The translations under genes were made by a program, and so were the position numbers. The notes below the pieces were generated by a model that saw nothing but the letters and a program-made list of their open reading frames with translations, was not told where the DNA came from and made no database searches. Shown in pieces: positions 48,020-57,384 of a DNA stretch of 60,215 bases (position 1 is its first letter; each line of letters opens with the position of its first letter). The stretch lies in the IMG/VR virus record IMGVR_UViG_3300013131_003128, positions 1-60,215 of that record; one strand, written 5' to 3'. Source of the stretch: a virus. Taxonomy: Duplodnaviria > Caudoviricetes.

Positions 48020-49504
48020 TTATTTTTTAAATGTGTCAGGTATGCCTGACAAGGCTGAGTTGGGTATCTGCTCATTGGTTGTACGATCAGTGCGTGATGT
48101 TTTCACATTGTCAGGGTTCAAATTTTCATGATGTGGCCATGGTTCATGCTGAGGCACTCTTTTCATAATGCTTTCTGTTTCAGGCAGAACAAAAGTTGTC
48201 AAATTGCTCACACTGATAGCACTAGTAGCACTGGTGCTGCCACTTCTAGAAGAAGGTGTAGCGTGATCTGTTTTGCCATCAGCTTTTACTGTGTGACTGT
48301 CACCGCCCAGCGTGAAAAAATAATCTGTTCCAATGTTTTCGTGCAGTTGACTGCCCACAGTAATATAACCATTGCTGTTGGCTTTCAAAAATAGTTCGGT
48401 GCTTTCAATAGTTGTATTCAAAGCAGACTTAATATTAACATTGCGACCTGCTTCTATGTTCACATCTCTATCTGCTTTAAAATTAAAATCTGCTTCTGTG
48501 TGAAAACTGATGCTGTCTTTGGCATACACATCTATTTTGCCATTGGCTGTCATTTCTATCCAAGTGGTGCCTTTGGCATTGCCGATGTAGATTAGATCTT
48601 CTGAATTGTGCAGCAATATTTGATGACCTGTGCGTGTTCTTATGCGCACCAACTCGTTGTGAGGTATGGTTTCATCTGCTGGAGTGAGTATGTCTGTGGT
48701 TTTATTCACATATTGAGAAGGGCCAGTGGCTGCTGATGTCTTGCGCAAAAATTTATCATCGCCATCATCCATCACAATGCTGCTGCCGCCCAATCTAGAA
48801 TGATATCTGCCGCCCTTGCCTCGTGCATTGCCGCGTTTGTCCAAAGGGCCTGGAGTGCTGACTCCAAACACACTGCTGGGTGCTTCACGTCTAGCACTGG
48901 TGGTGGTCAAACCTCTGATTTCATCCTCTAAGAGTCCTTGATTTTGCAAAACATTTTTAAAATCAGTGTTGATGGGTTTTAAATTTTTAGTTGCATCTAA
49001 TAAATTTAAACTGTTGATCAACAATTCTTTGTTGTATTCGCCCACTGGTAGTTTCTTACCAATGTCTGTGATATTACCTATGGTGTCAGTGAAAGTGGTT
49101 GCGGGTCTGCCGTCAGGAATCATAAAATTTTGATTTTCCGCCTGCACACATCCAATCCAGTAGCCTTTGTTGATGTTGCCTTCCACAAATATCACCAGCA
49201 CTATGTTGCCGATGTCTGGCGGCACAAACCACATGCCGTAGCTCTGCTGACTGCTGGCATAGTCGTTGTTCTTGACCACTCCAGCATAGTTGGTCACACC
49301 ATAGAAAGGATTGAGATATTCCACCTGCACACGCTGATTGGCTTCCAGCGAATCCATGCCAGGATCCACAGATCTCAGCAACTCAACCTCCAGTGTGCCC
49401 ATGTATTTGCCATCCAGATGACTGGTAATCCTGGCTTCGTAAGGTCCAGCGTTTTTGATTGAGCCTTGCTGATTGGCGCTGCTTCTGCGATCAATTGAAA
49501 ACAT
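48020..49504 (-). CDS. Baseplate central spike (gp5/VgrG-like, no lysozyme domain)
   Basis: OB-fold motif SYGMWFVPPDIG..VLVIF; RTRTGHQILLH; beta-helix repeats; RVPQHEPW. Confidence 0.8.
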   Translation of the reverse strand: MFSIDRRSSANQQGSIKNAGPYEARITSHLDGKYMGTLEVELLRSVDPGMDSLEANQRVQVEYLNPFYGVTNYAGVVKNNDYASSQQSYGMWFVPPDIGNIVLVIFVEGNINKGYWIGCVQAENQNFMIPDGRPATTFTDTIGNITDIGKKLPVGEYNKELLINSLNLLDATKNLKPINTDFKNVLQNQGLLEDEIRGLTTTSARREAPSSVFGVSTPGPLDKRGNARGKGGRYHSRLGGSSIVMDDGDDKFLRKTSAATGPSQYVNKTTDILTPADETIPHNELVRIRTRTGHQILLHNSEDLIYIGNAKGTTWIEMTANGKIDVYAKDSISFHTEADFNFKADRDVNIEAGRNVNIKSALNTTIESTELFLKANSNGYITVGSQLHENIGTDYFFTLGGDSHTVKADGKTDHATPSSRSGSTSATSAISVSNLTTFVLPETESIMKRVPQHEPWPHHENLNPDNVKTSRTDRTTNEQIPNSALSGIPDTFKK

Positions 49505-51726
49505 TATAGTTGTGATTCTCCAGTATTAACATCTTCCGATGACCCACTCAACACAGTGGTATCGGTGGCTGTGCCTTTGACTTCTTGATTTGGCACTCTC
49601 ACCAGTTGCAGTGTCTGCACAAAGGTTCCATTTTGAAAAACAGAATCCACTTGATTCAATCGGTACACTCCGCTGAATTCATCCAACTGCACAAAATTTT
49701 TATTGAGATCATTAGCTGTGCTTTTGAAAACCATGTTGCCACTGGACGCATAGTCTATGGGAGTTTTAAAATTCACCACACAATACAAACCGGCGAAAGT
49801 GGTTTCAGCACTGCCATCATTGTTAATAAATTTTTTTTCTCCTGTTCGTGGATCTTTGCCTACACTGGCATAGTAGTTGCCCAATCCGCTGTCGGCTAAA
49901 AAGTATGGATCTCCCAACAGTTCTAGATTGGCATTGGTCAAACTGATGCTGCCAGTCATAATCATGTCGTGAAATTCCAGAGTATGTCTTTGTTCTGTGG
50001 TGAGTTCGCCCAATGCTTCATAATTCTTTCTGCGAGGACTGGCAAAATAATTGGCGGTAATTTTGCCTGTGCCTACATTTTGTTTTGCAGTCTCGCCTGG
50101 GCTGTCGTCTGTGTCTGCATTCTGGTCTCCTTCGTTTCTTGTTTTTTTATTAGGATCTTGTTTGGAATTACCTTTATCATTGGGCAACTGTTGCTGGTAA
50201 CTGGCTAAAATTTTAATCTCAAAATTTAACACATCTAAATTTTTTCCAGTGAAAATATAATCATATTCTTTAACCACAAATTTCTTAAAATTTACTGTGT
50301 CAGTTTTTCTGTTTATTTTTGCAAACAGTGATTCATGCACTTTGTGCTCTATCACATCAAACACAATCAGTTTGGGATAAGTGCCGTTTTGTTCCACAAT
50401 CTTTTCGTCATTGATGTAAAAACATCTGGGCACTATTTTGAACCATGATTTGAAGCCATTTGCATCACTGGGTTGAAACAAACGTTGACCATAATCACTC
50501 AGCAGTATCACATTTGTGATGATTTCTGACACCTTGCTGCCCTGTTTGAAAGTCAAATTTGGAATTTGACCTCGAGATGCAGGTTTTGATAGTTTTGTAA
50601 TCTTATCATAGAATTTATTATCATCCTCACTGCCTACTTTTTTATTCTGTTGTTTGGTAAGATTTATTTTTGCACTGCCAATGCTGTTAAGAGTGTTTTT
50701 GGATTGCACATAACTGGTGGTGCTGGGAGTGCTCACAATCTGTGCTCCGGTACCAATCACTGCGCTTCTTTGAGCATCTGGATTGAATGTGGTTCCTGAT
50801 TCTGCTTCTTGATATCCAGTTCTTTGACTGAGTTTTTCTTGTTCCTCTTGAATGGGAAAATTCACTATGATGTCATTTATTTCTTCCAAAGTTTTTTTAT
50901 TTTTGTTTTTTGCTTTTCTATTTTTGTTCAATTCTTCCTGCAGTGATATCTGCAACATTTCTTGCACTGTGATGCCTTCAAGTTTAAAGTCTTTGGGTAA
51001 GGTTTCCACACTCCCCATCAGTGCAAGATCACTGACGGGCACAGCCCTAATCTGATACTGTGCTCCGGCCTGATCAGCAGTGAAATCTATATTTGTAATT
51101 TTAATAGGAAATATTCGTTTGGTAGTGTTGCCCAAAGCGTCTTTGACTGATTCTGTTCTGTTTTGCAACGTGTGTCCCACAAATTCAATAATCAAACACC
51201 AAGGAGCCTCTATATAGTTTTTGAAACCTGCTTTTAATCCAGACTGTCTTAATGTTTCCACAAATGTGCCCATGCTGTAGGGTTCATACACATTAAATTC
51301 TATTTTTGATATATTGCTTTGACCTTTTTGATTTGGTGCAATTACTGTATTGATGCTCACATCGTTAATGAAATATTCACGTGCATTTCTTGTGTTAGAA
51401 CTGCCACCATTAAAATCCAGATCATATTGGGTGAGATATTTGGATTTACTAGACCCGCCGCTCCTCAGTATGATCACTTCTGGTGGCTTTTGACGCAGTC
51501 TAGCTGGAAAATTAATCTCTTCCAATGTGAGACATGCCAAAGTAAAAATACAGTTGAAGGAATTGTACTGATGCAAAGGGTTTGGCACTTTGTTGGGAAA
51601 CAATTCTCCCACGTCCACTGTGGCTGTGTCTGAAGCAAAAGTGTCTCTTTGACCCAATCCATTGAGATCTCTTTGTGCTTCTGTGGTTGATATCACTCTG
51701 ATGTCGGTAGATGTGTTAGGAGCCAT
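49504..51726 (-). CDS. Putative baseplate hub protein (gp27-like position)
   Basis: Lies between gp53 and gp5 homologs; YDYIFTGKN, ELLGDPYF, FSGVY...F.QTL. Confidence 0.55.
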   Translation of the reverse strand: MAPNTSTDIRVISTTEAQRDLNGLGQRDTFASDTATVDVGELFPNKVPNPLHQYNSFNCIFTLACLTLEEINFPARLRQKPPEVIILRSGGSSKSKYLTQYDLDFNGGSSNTRNAREYFINDVSINTVIAPNQKGQSNISKIEFNVYEPYSMGTFVETLRQSGLKAGFKNYIEAPWCLIIEFVGHTLQNRTESVKDALGNTTKRIFPIKITNIDFTADQAGAQYQIRAVPVSDLALMGSVETLPKDFKLEGITVQEMLQISLQEELNKNRKAKNKNKKTLEEINDIIVNFPIQEEQEKLSQRTGYQEAESGTTFNPDAQRSAVIGTGAQIVSTPSTTSYVQSKNTLNSIGSAKINLTKQQNKKVGSEDDNKFYDKITKLSKPASRGQIPNLTFKQGSKVSEIITNVILLSDYGQRLFQPSDANGFKSWFKIVPRCFYINDEKIVEQNGTYPKLIVFDVIEHKVHESLFAKINRKTDTVNFKKFVVKEYDYIFTGKNLDVLNFEIKILASYQQQLPNDKGNSKQDPNKKTRNEGDQNADTDDSPGETAKQNVGTGKITANYFASPRRKNYEALGELTTEQRHTLEFHDMIMTGSISLTNANLELLGDPYFLADSGLGNYYASVGKDPRTGEKKFINNDGSAETTFAGLYCVVNFKTPIDYASSGNMVFKSTANDLNKNFVQLDEFSGVYRLNQVDSVFQNGTFVQTLQLVRVPNQEVKGTATDTTVLSGSSEDVNTGESQL

Positions 51727-51729
51727 TGG

Positions 51730-52032
51730 TTAGATCCCTAAGGCTTGTCTTAATTTGGGTCCTTGTGGAAGATAAATTTTTACGCCTGCCACCAAATCAT
51801 ACACAGGATCTTTGATCACATCCATGTTTCTTTGTGCAAACACCCACCATAACTTTGTGTTGTTGTACAAATCATATGCTAATAAATCTGGTCTATGTGT
51901 GTATTGTGGCTCCACAGTGTACAACACGTCATCAGCAGTGGCTGGAATAGGTCTGATACTGAGCAAATCCAAATATTGATCATTCACTGTTTGAGTGTTG
52001 GCAAAAGGACTGTATGATTGATATTGAGCCAT
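51730..52032 (-). CDS. Baseplate wedge protein gp53-like (LysM-like)
   Basis: RPDLLAYDLY...LWWVFAQRN...IYLP. Confidence 0.85.
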   Translation of the reverse strand: MAQYQSYSPFANTQTVNDQYLDLLSIRPIPATADDVLYTVEPQYTHRPDLLAYDLYNNTKLWWVFAQRNMDVIKDPVYDLVAGVKIYLPQGPKLRQALGI

Positions 52033-52835
52033 TAGATAAATCCTCCTTCGCCTTGCACATATTTGCCATTGACAAAATTATTCATATTAAATTGTGACAC
52101 AGCAGCTCTGCTGTATTGAGGTTTGACCTGCACAGTGATCAAACTTTGTGAAGGAGCCCAAGCATAATTTTGATAAACACCATCATCAAAATCTCCCTGT
52201 GCTTCTGCAAATAATCCAGTTTGAATATAGTCCACTTCCGCTCCCAGCTCTATGTTAAAACTTTGTATGATTACCGGCACATTTTTAAACACAAAGTCTC
52301 CATAACCATTCAACAACACCACTGGCGGTGGCGATCCTGCATCAGAACTGCCTTCACCATAACGCATTTTGGTGCAACTTCTTAGATAGTGGACGCAAGA
52401 CACCCAGTATTCTGCTTCCACACCATTTTGCACATAAAAATCACCGTTGATTTGAATATTATCCACTGTGCTGTAATTGAATGAACTGAAAGTGTAGTTG
52501 GTGTGTACAGGATTGTTGTCAGTGTATTGAGCTGAGTGAGACATCAGTATGCTTGGTGTGAAAGGAAATGTGAATCCTCCAGTTTTCATCACTGGCAGCA
52601 TCAATCTACTGTCTTTGAATGTGTTGGGAATGCTCAACTTTACTCGCCAATCTTTTTCGCCTGGTTTGGTCAACGCTGTGGCTTGTGTCAAAGTTTTGGT
52701 AGCACCTATGCCATCTTTGGGCAGGAATTTGCCCCTCACATCACTCATGCTAAATCCAGTGCTGATGACTTTGGCTGCTCCAGCAGCTATTGTTGTTGCA
52801 GCGGTACCCACTGTTTTTTTTAAGAAATCTGCCAT
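52032..52835 (-). CDS. Tail tube initiator-like protein (gp48/gp54-like)
   Basis: FPFTP...HTNY...GSPPPVVLLNGYG.FVFKNVPVII; first gene of the late baseplate operon. Confidence 0.55.
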   Translation of the reverse strand: MADFLKKTVGTAATTIAAGAAKVISTGFSMSDVRGKFLPKDGIGATKTLTQATALTKPGEKDWRVKLSIPNTFKDSRLMLPVMKTGGFTFPFTPSILMSHSAQYTDNNPVHTNYTFSSFNYSTVDNIQINGDFYVQNGVEAEYWVSCVHYLRSCTKMRYGEGSSDAGSPPPVVLLNGYGDFVFKNVPVIIQSFNIELGAEVDYIQTGLFAEAQGDFDDGVYQNYAWAPSQSLITVQVKPQYSRAAVSQFNMNNFVNGKYVQGEGGFI

Positions 52836-52852
52836 ATGTCAAATATATCAAG

Positions 52853-52887
52853 TATTTATTGACAAAATTAACTGCGTAGTTTATACT
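52853..52887. promoter_or_regulatory. Overlapping divergent promoters: late ATAAATA (minus) and sigma70 (plus)
   Basis: Plus strand: TTGACA 52859-52864, 17 nt, TATACT 52882-52887, upstream of gp55. Minus strand: ATAAATA 52853-52859, upstream of the baseplate operon. Confidence 0.8.
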
Positions 52888-52911
52888 GAAGGCTAATTAC
52901 AAAGGAATTCA

Positions 52912-53736
52912 ATGAAAAAAATCAACTATCTCAACAACAAAGACCTGCTGGAAGAGATACACAAATCCAAGAACAGCTATTGCAGCTACACCAAAGAAGA
53001 GCTCAGTCGTTATGATCTAATTATTTCCTCCCTAGAACGAATTAATGTGAGAACCATAGCAGAAGCCAAACGTGTGAGAGCCAAACGTCTTACCCAGGAA
53101 GAATTTGAAAAACGCAGACTCACCAATCCCAAGGTCAAATTGTCAGAATGTGAAGTGGACTATAGAAAGATACAGAAACACGAGTTGGTGTTTAGAGTCA
53201 TGACCTATGACCACATACCCAATGAACCAGGTCGCAAAAAAAATCCCAAAAGTTCTGCAGATTCTAAGATTAAAGTGAACTTTCCTGCTTTTCAACATTG
53301 GAAGTATGACGAGAAAGATAATCTTTCATGTGTGGGCAAGAGTCACTGGGAAGGCGGCATGCACAATGGCAAGTTCAACAAGGAGGGCGGCAAGCCCACT
53401 GCCAAACTGGCCATGATGTGGATGAAACTGTGTGAACGTTATGCCACCAGAGGCAATGTGAGAGGCTACACCTACAATGATGAGATGCAAGGACAGGCCA
53501 TACTGCAGTTGACTCAGATTGGACTGCAATTTGATGAATCAAAGTCAAACAATCCATTTGCTTACTACACCGCAGCCGTGACCAATTCATTTGTGAGAAT
53601 CATCAATATCGAAAAAAGAAATCAAAATATCAGAGACGACATTCTGGAAATGAATGACATGATGCCCAGTCACACACGTCAAAACGCAGAAGCATATCAA
53701 AATGCTGTGGACCGGGAATTCAAAAAGAAAATTTAA
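52912..53736 (+). CDS. Late-transcription sigma factor (T4 gp55-like)
   Basis: NYLNNKDLL, YTYNDEM, FDESKSNNPFAYYT, FVRIINIEKR; adjacent to gp47/gp46 as in T4. Confidence 0.85.
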   Translation: MKKINYLNNKDLLEEIHKSKNSYCSYTKEELSRYDLIISSLERINVRTIAEAKRVRAKRLTQEEFEKRRLTNPKVKLSECEVDYRKIQKHELVFRVMTYDHIPNEPGRKKNPKSSADSKIKVNFPAFQHWKYDEKDNLSCVGKSHWEGGMHNGKFNKEGGKPTAKLAMMWMKLCERYATRGNVRGYTYNDEMQGQAILQLTQIGLQFDESKSNNPFAYYTAAVTNSFVRIINIEKRNQNIRDDILEMNDMMPSHTRQNAEAYQNAVDREFKKKI

Positions 53737-53740
53737 CTTA

Positions 53741-53769
53741 TTGACTTTATTCAATTTTTTGTTTACAAT
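53741..53769 (+). promoter_or_regulatory. Sigma70-type promoter
   Basis: TTGACT 53741-53746, 17 nt, TACAAT 53764-53769, upstream of the gp47-like gene. Confidence 0.75.
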
Positions 53770-53792
53770 GAAGTCTTGGAAATTTATATTTG

Positions 53793-54800
53793 ATGTTTAA
53801 AAAAGCAGCAGTCTTTACTGACATACATTTTGGTTTAAAGAGCAACAGTGTGATTCACAATCAGGACTGTGAAGAATTTGTGGACTGGTACATTGATCAG
53901 GCCAAACAAAACCAATGCGAAACTGGCATATTCTGTGGTGATTGGCATCACAATAGAAATTCATTAAACTTGATGACCATGGATGTGTCCATCAAGTGTT
54001 TGGAAAAGTTGGGCAAGGCATTTGAAAAATTTTATTTCTTCCCTGGTAATCACGATCTGTACTACAAAGACAAGCGTGATATTCACTCAGTGGAGTTTGC
54101 AAGATTCATTCCTGGGATCAATGTGATCACAGAGACCACCACCATAGATGACACAACCTTGGTGCCTTGGTTGGTGGGAGATGAATACAAACAGATTAAA
54201 AAAATCAAAAGCAGATACATGTTTGGACATTTTGAATTGCCACACTTCTTAATGAATGCCATGATAGAAATGCCAGACACTGGATTGATACAGACTGCAG
54301 ACTTTGTGCATCCAGAATATGTGTTCACAGGTCATTTCCACAAGAGACAAACAGCAAAAAACATACATTACATTGGCAATCCCATGCCACACAACTATGC
54401 AGATGTGAATGATGATCAGCGTGGCATGATGATCATGGAACATGGTGGCACTCCCAGATACATCAATTGGTACAACTGCCCTAGATATTTGAAAGTCAAT
54501 CTCAGTGAGCTGTTGAATGATGCCAAAAACATTATTAAACCTAAAATGCATTTGCAGGTCACTCTGGACATAGACATCAGCTATGAAGAAGCCAGTTTTA
54601 TCAAAGAAACTTTCATCAAAGATTACAACTGTAGAGAAATTGTGCTGATTCCTGGCAAGAAAGATGATGAAATGACCAGCACGTTGGATATCACACGTTT
54701 TGAATCTGTGGATGAGATAGTTAGCAAAGAAATCAATGCCATAGAATCCGACAGCTACAACAAAAACACACTGTTGGAAATTTACAGGGATCTACAATGA
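53793..54800 (+). CDS. Recombination endonuclease subunit (T4 gp47/Mre11/SbcD-like)
   Basis: Metallophosphoesterase motifs TDIHFG, GDWHH, GNHD, GHF, GHFH. Confidence 0.92.
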   Translation: MFKKAAVFTDIHFGLKSNSVIHNQDCEEFVDWYIDQAKQNQCETGIFCGDWHHNRNSLNLMTMDVSIKCLEKLGKAFEKFYFFPGNHDLYYKDKRDIHSVEFARFIPGINVITETTTIDDTTLVPWLVGDEYKQIKKIKSRYMFGHFELPHFLMNAMIEMPDTGLIQTADFVHPEYVFTGHFHKRQTAKNIHYIGNPMPHNYADVNDDQRGMMIMEHGGTPRYINWYNCPRYLKVNLSELLNDAKNIIKPKMHLQVTLDIDISYEEASFIKETFIKDYNCREIVLIPGKKDDEMTSTLDITRFESVDEIVSKEINAIESDSYNKNTLLEIYRDLQ

Positions 54801-56575
54801 TAAAGATCAAAAGTCTCACAGTTAAAAATTTCATGAGTGTGGGCAATCAAACACAGGGTGTGATGCTGGACAAACAAAGACTCACATTGGTGCTGGGTGA
54901 AAATTTGGATCAGGGAGGAGATGATGCTGGCAGCAGAAACGGCACTGGTAAAACCACACTGATCAACGCACTGAGTTATGGACTGTTTGGTGAAGCATTA
55001 ACAAAAATACGCAGAGAAAATTTGGTCAACAAGACCAACAACAAAAACATGTTGGTCACACTGACTTTTGAAAAAGATGGTGTGAAATATCGCATTGAGA
55101 GGGGCAGACGTCCCAACACACTGAGATACTTTATCAATGACAGTGAGCAGGAAATCACTGACGAGAGTCAAGGCGACAGCAGAATGACTCAGGCAGCTAT
55201 CAATCACATGTTGGGCTTATCACATGCCATGTTCAAACACATATTGGCATTGAATACGTACACTGAACCTTTTTTGAGCATGAGCGCCAATGATCAAAAA
55301 GACATCATAGAACAGTTGTTGGGTATCACACTGCTGAGTGAAAAAGCAGAACTGTTGAAAGATCGCATTAGAGTCAGCAAAGAAGATATGGCCATGGAAA
55401 ATGCTCGTTTGGAAGGTATCAAAATGAGCAATGAAAAGATCAAAGAAACCATCAACTCCTTGAGCAACAAAGAAAAAATTTGGAACACACAAAAAAACTT
55501 GGACATAGAAAAACTGAATAAATCCATCAAGGAACTGGAGTCTGTGGACATTGACCGAGAGTTGGTCACACATCAACAGTTGGAAGATTGGCTCAAAATC
55601 AATAATGAATTGAAACAATTGCAAAAAGATCGCAGCAGTTTGGAAATGACGCTGCTGCAGGCAGACAAAACAGTTAATAAAGTAGGCAATGACTTAGACA
55701 AACTGCATGACAAAGCCACTTGTTATGCCTGTGGTCAGGAATTGCACAATGATAAATTTTGTGAAATACAACGCAAGTTGGAAGAAGAATATGGTGAAGC
55801 CGTCAACTACAATCAAAGCATACAGGCTGAAATGGCCATGATAGATGAAGCCATCAAACTCATGGGCACACAAAGCACACGTCCAGACACATACTATGAC
55901 AGCATCAAAGAAGCATATGAACACAGGCAACATCTAGAAACTTACAAAAGCACACTGAAAAACAAACAAGCAGAACAAAATCCTTATGTGGATCAAATCA
56001 CTGAACTCAGCACAGAAGCACTGCAAGAATTGGACTGGAGCGAAGTGAATCGTTTGCAAACACTCAAAGATCATCAAGAATTTTTATTAAAATTGTTGAC
56101 CAACAAAGACAGTTTTATCAGAAAGAAAATCATAGATCAGAATTTGGCTTTTTTAAACAACAGACTCACACACTATCTCTCAGCATTGGGATTACCGCAC
56201 ACAGTGACTTTCAAAAACGATTTGAGTGTGCAAATCACCATGTTGGGTCAAGAACTTGACTTTGACAATCTCAGCAGAGGTGAGCGCAATAGATTGATAT
56301 TGGGATTGAGCTTTGCATTTAGAGATGTGTGGGAAAGTTTGTATCAAGAAATCAATCTGTTGTTCATAGATGAATTGATTGATTCTGGTTTGGACACAGC
56401 GGGTGTGGAATCATCCATAGCCATACTGAAACGCATGAGCAGAGAGCGTGGCAAGAGCATATATCTGATCAGCCACAGAGATGAACTCATGGGTAGGGTC
56501 AACAACACACTGAAAGTGATCAAAGAAAATGGATTCACTTCCTACAGCAATTCAACTGAATTTCACGAGATATAG
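54797..56575 (+). CDS. Recombination ATPase subunit (T4 gp46/Rad50/SbcC-like)
   Basis: KNFMS, Walker A NGTGKT, coiled coil with CYAC zinc hook, LSRGE signature, Walker B LFIDE, ISH. Confidence 0.93.
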   Translation: MIKIKSLTVKNFMSVGNQTQGVMLDKQRLTLVLGENLDQGGDDAGSRNGTGKTTLINALSYGLFGEALTKIRRENLVNKTNNKNMLVTLTFEKDGVKYRIERGRRPNTLRYFINDSEQEITDESQGDSRMTQAAINHMLGLSHAMFKHILALNTYTEPFLSMSANDQKDIIEQLLGITLLSEKAELLKDRIRVSKEDMAMENARLEGIKMSNEKIKETINSLSNKEKIWNTQKNLDIEKLNKSIKELESVDIDRELVTHQQLEDWLKINNELKQLQKDRSSLEMTLLQADKTVNKVGNDLDKLHDKATCYACGQELHNDKFCEIQRKLEEEYGEAVNYNQSIQAEMAMIDEAIKLMGTQSTRPDTYYDSIKEAYEHRQHLETYKSTLKNKQAEQNPYVDQITELSTEALQELDWSEVNRLQTLKDHQEFLLKLLTNKDSFIRKKIIDQNLAFLNNRLTHYLSALGLPHTVTFKNDLSVQITMLGQELDFDNLSRGERNRLILGLSFAFRDVWESLYQEINLLFIDELIDSGLDTAGVESSIAILKRMSRERGKSIYLISHRDELMGRVNNTLKVIKENGFTSYSNSTEFHEI

Positions 56576-56583
56576 GAGCACAC

Positions 56584-56784
56584 ATGGACGACACACATGA
56601 TTTACTGACCAAGGCCTACATGAACTATTTCAAATACAATGAAAAGTTTGCCAAAAGACCCAGCCGTCAGAGCAAAATACAGGCCAGAAAATGGTTGAGT
56701 GAAATACGCAAATTGGGTCGCACACGCCGAGCAGAAATTGTGCAGGAATACAAACAGCACAAAGAAAAGAATCGCAGCCAGTAG
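56584..56784 (+). CDS. Small basic helical protein (possibly Hc1/histone-H1-like DNA binder)
   Basis: 66 aa, AGGAG SD, K/R-rich ARKWLSEIRKLGRTRRAEI. Confidence 0.55.
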   Translation: MDDTHDLLTKAYMNYFKYNEKFAKRPSRQSKIQARKWLSEIRKLGRTRRAEIVQEYKQHKEKNRSQ

Positions 56785-56866
56785 CACGGCGCAGCCGCTG
56801 CGGCTCACGCTACAGTTTGTACGAAGTACAAAGCTGCGGCACAAAAAATTTTCTGGCTCTTCACAC

Positions 56867-56899
56867 TACCAAAATATCTAATTCATTACCAAAATATCT
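56867..56899 (+). repeat. Direct repeat TACCAAAATATCT x2 (20-bp period)
   Basis: Exact 13-mers at 56867-56879 and 56887-56899. Confidence 0.85.
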
Positions 56900-56949
56900 C
56901 TTAGATCCAAGACTCTGCAGGATGAAATCTCACTCGCGTAAGTAATGGC

Positions 56950-57384
56950 ATGTCATGGATGTATCAAGGTGCTCCCATAGAATCACTGCCGGTGGGCACA
57001 GTGGGATTTGTGTATCTCATCACCAATCGCGCCACAGGACGCAAGTATGTGGGCAAGAAATTAGCACAGTTCCGCAAATCACGTCCACCTTTGAAAGGAC
57101 GCCACAATCGCCGTCGCAGTGTGGTGGAGAGTGACTGGCGAGACTACTGGGGCAGCAATGATGTGCTGATGCAGGATGTGCAACGTTTGGGAGCGGATCA
57201 ATTCACACGTGAAATACTGTACATCTGTCGCAGCCGCGGTGTCATGGGATATCTGGAGGCTCTGGAACAGTTTGAACGTGGAGTGCTGGAATCTGATGAA
57301 TACTACAATGGCATCATCAATGTGAGAATAGGCAGCAGCAATTTATTGAGAGAAGAAATCCAAAGGCTCAAGGCAAAAACATAG
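56950..57384 (+). CDS. Minimal GIY-YIG family endonuclease
   Basis: GFVYLITN...KYVGKK (GIY-YIG), YWGS, REIL, LEALEQ, YYN; no C-terminal DNA-binding extension. Confidence 0.8.
   Translation: MSWMYQGAPIESLPVGTVGFVYLITNRATGRKYVGKKLAQFRKSRPPLKGRHNRRRSVVESDWRDYWGSNDVLMQDVQRLGADQFTREILYICRSRGVMGYLEALEQFERGVLESDEYYNGIINVRIGSSNLLREEIQRLKAKT

Noticed and set aside
22013-52896. Many 60-150 aa plus-strand ORFs antisense to structural genes
   Set aside because: Expected antisense shadows of codon bias; no SD, promoter or motifs.
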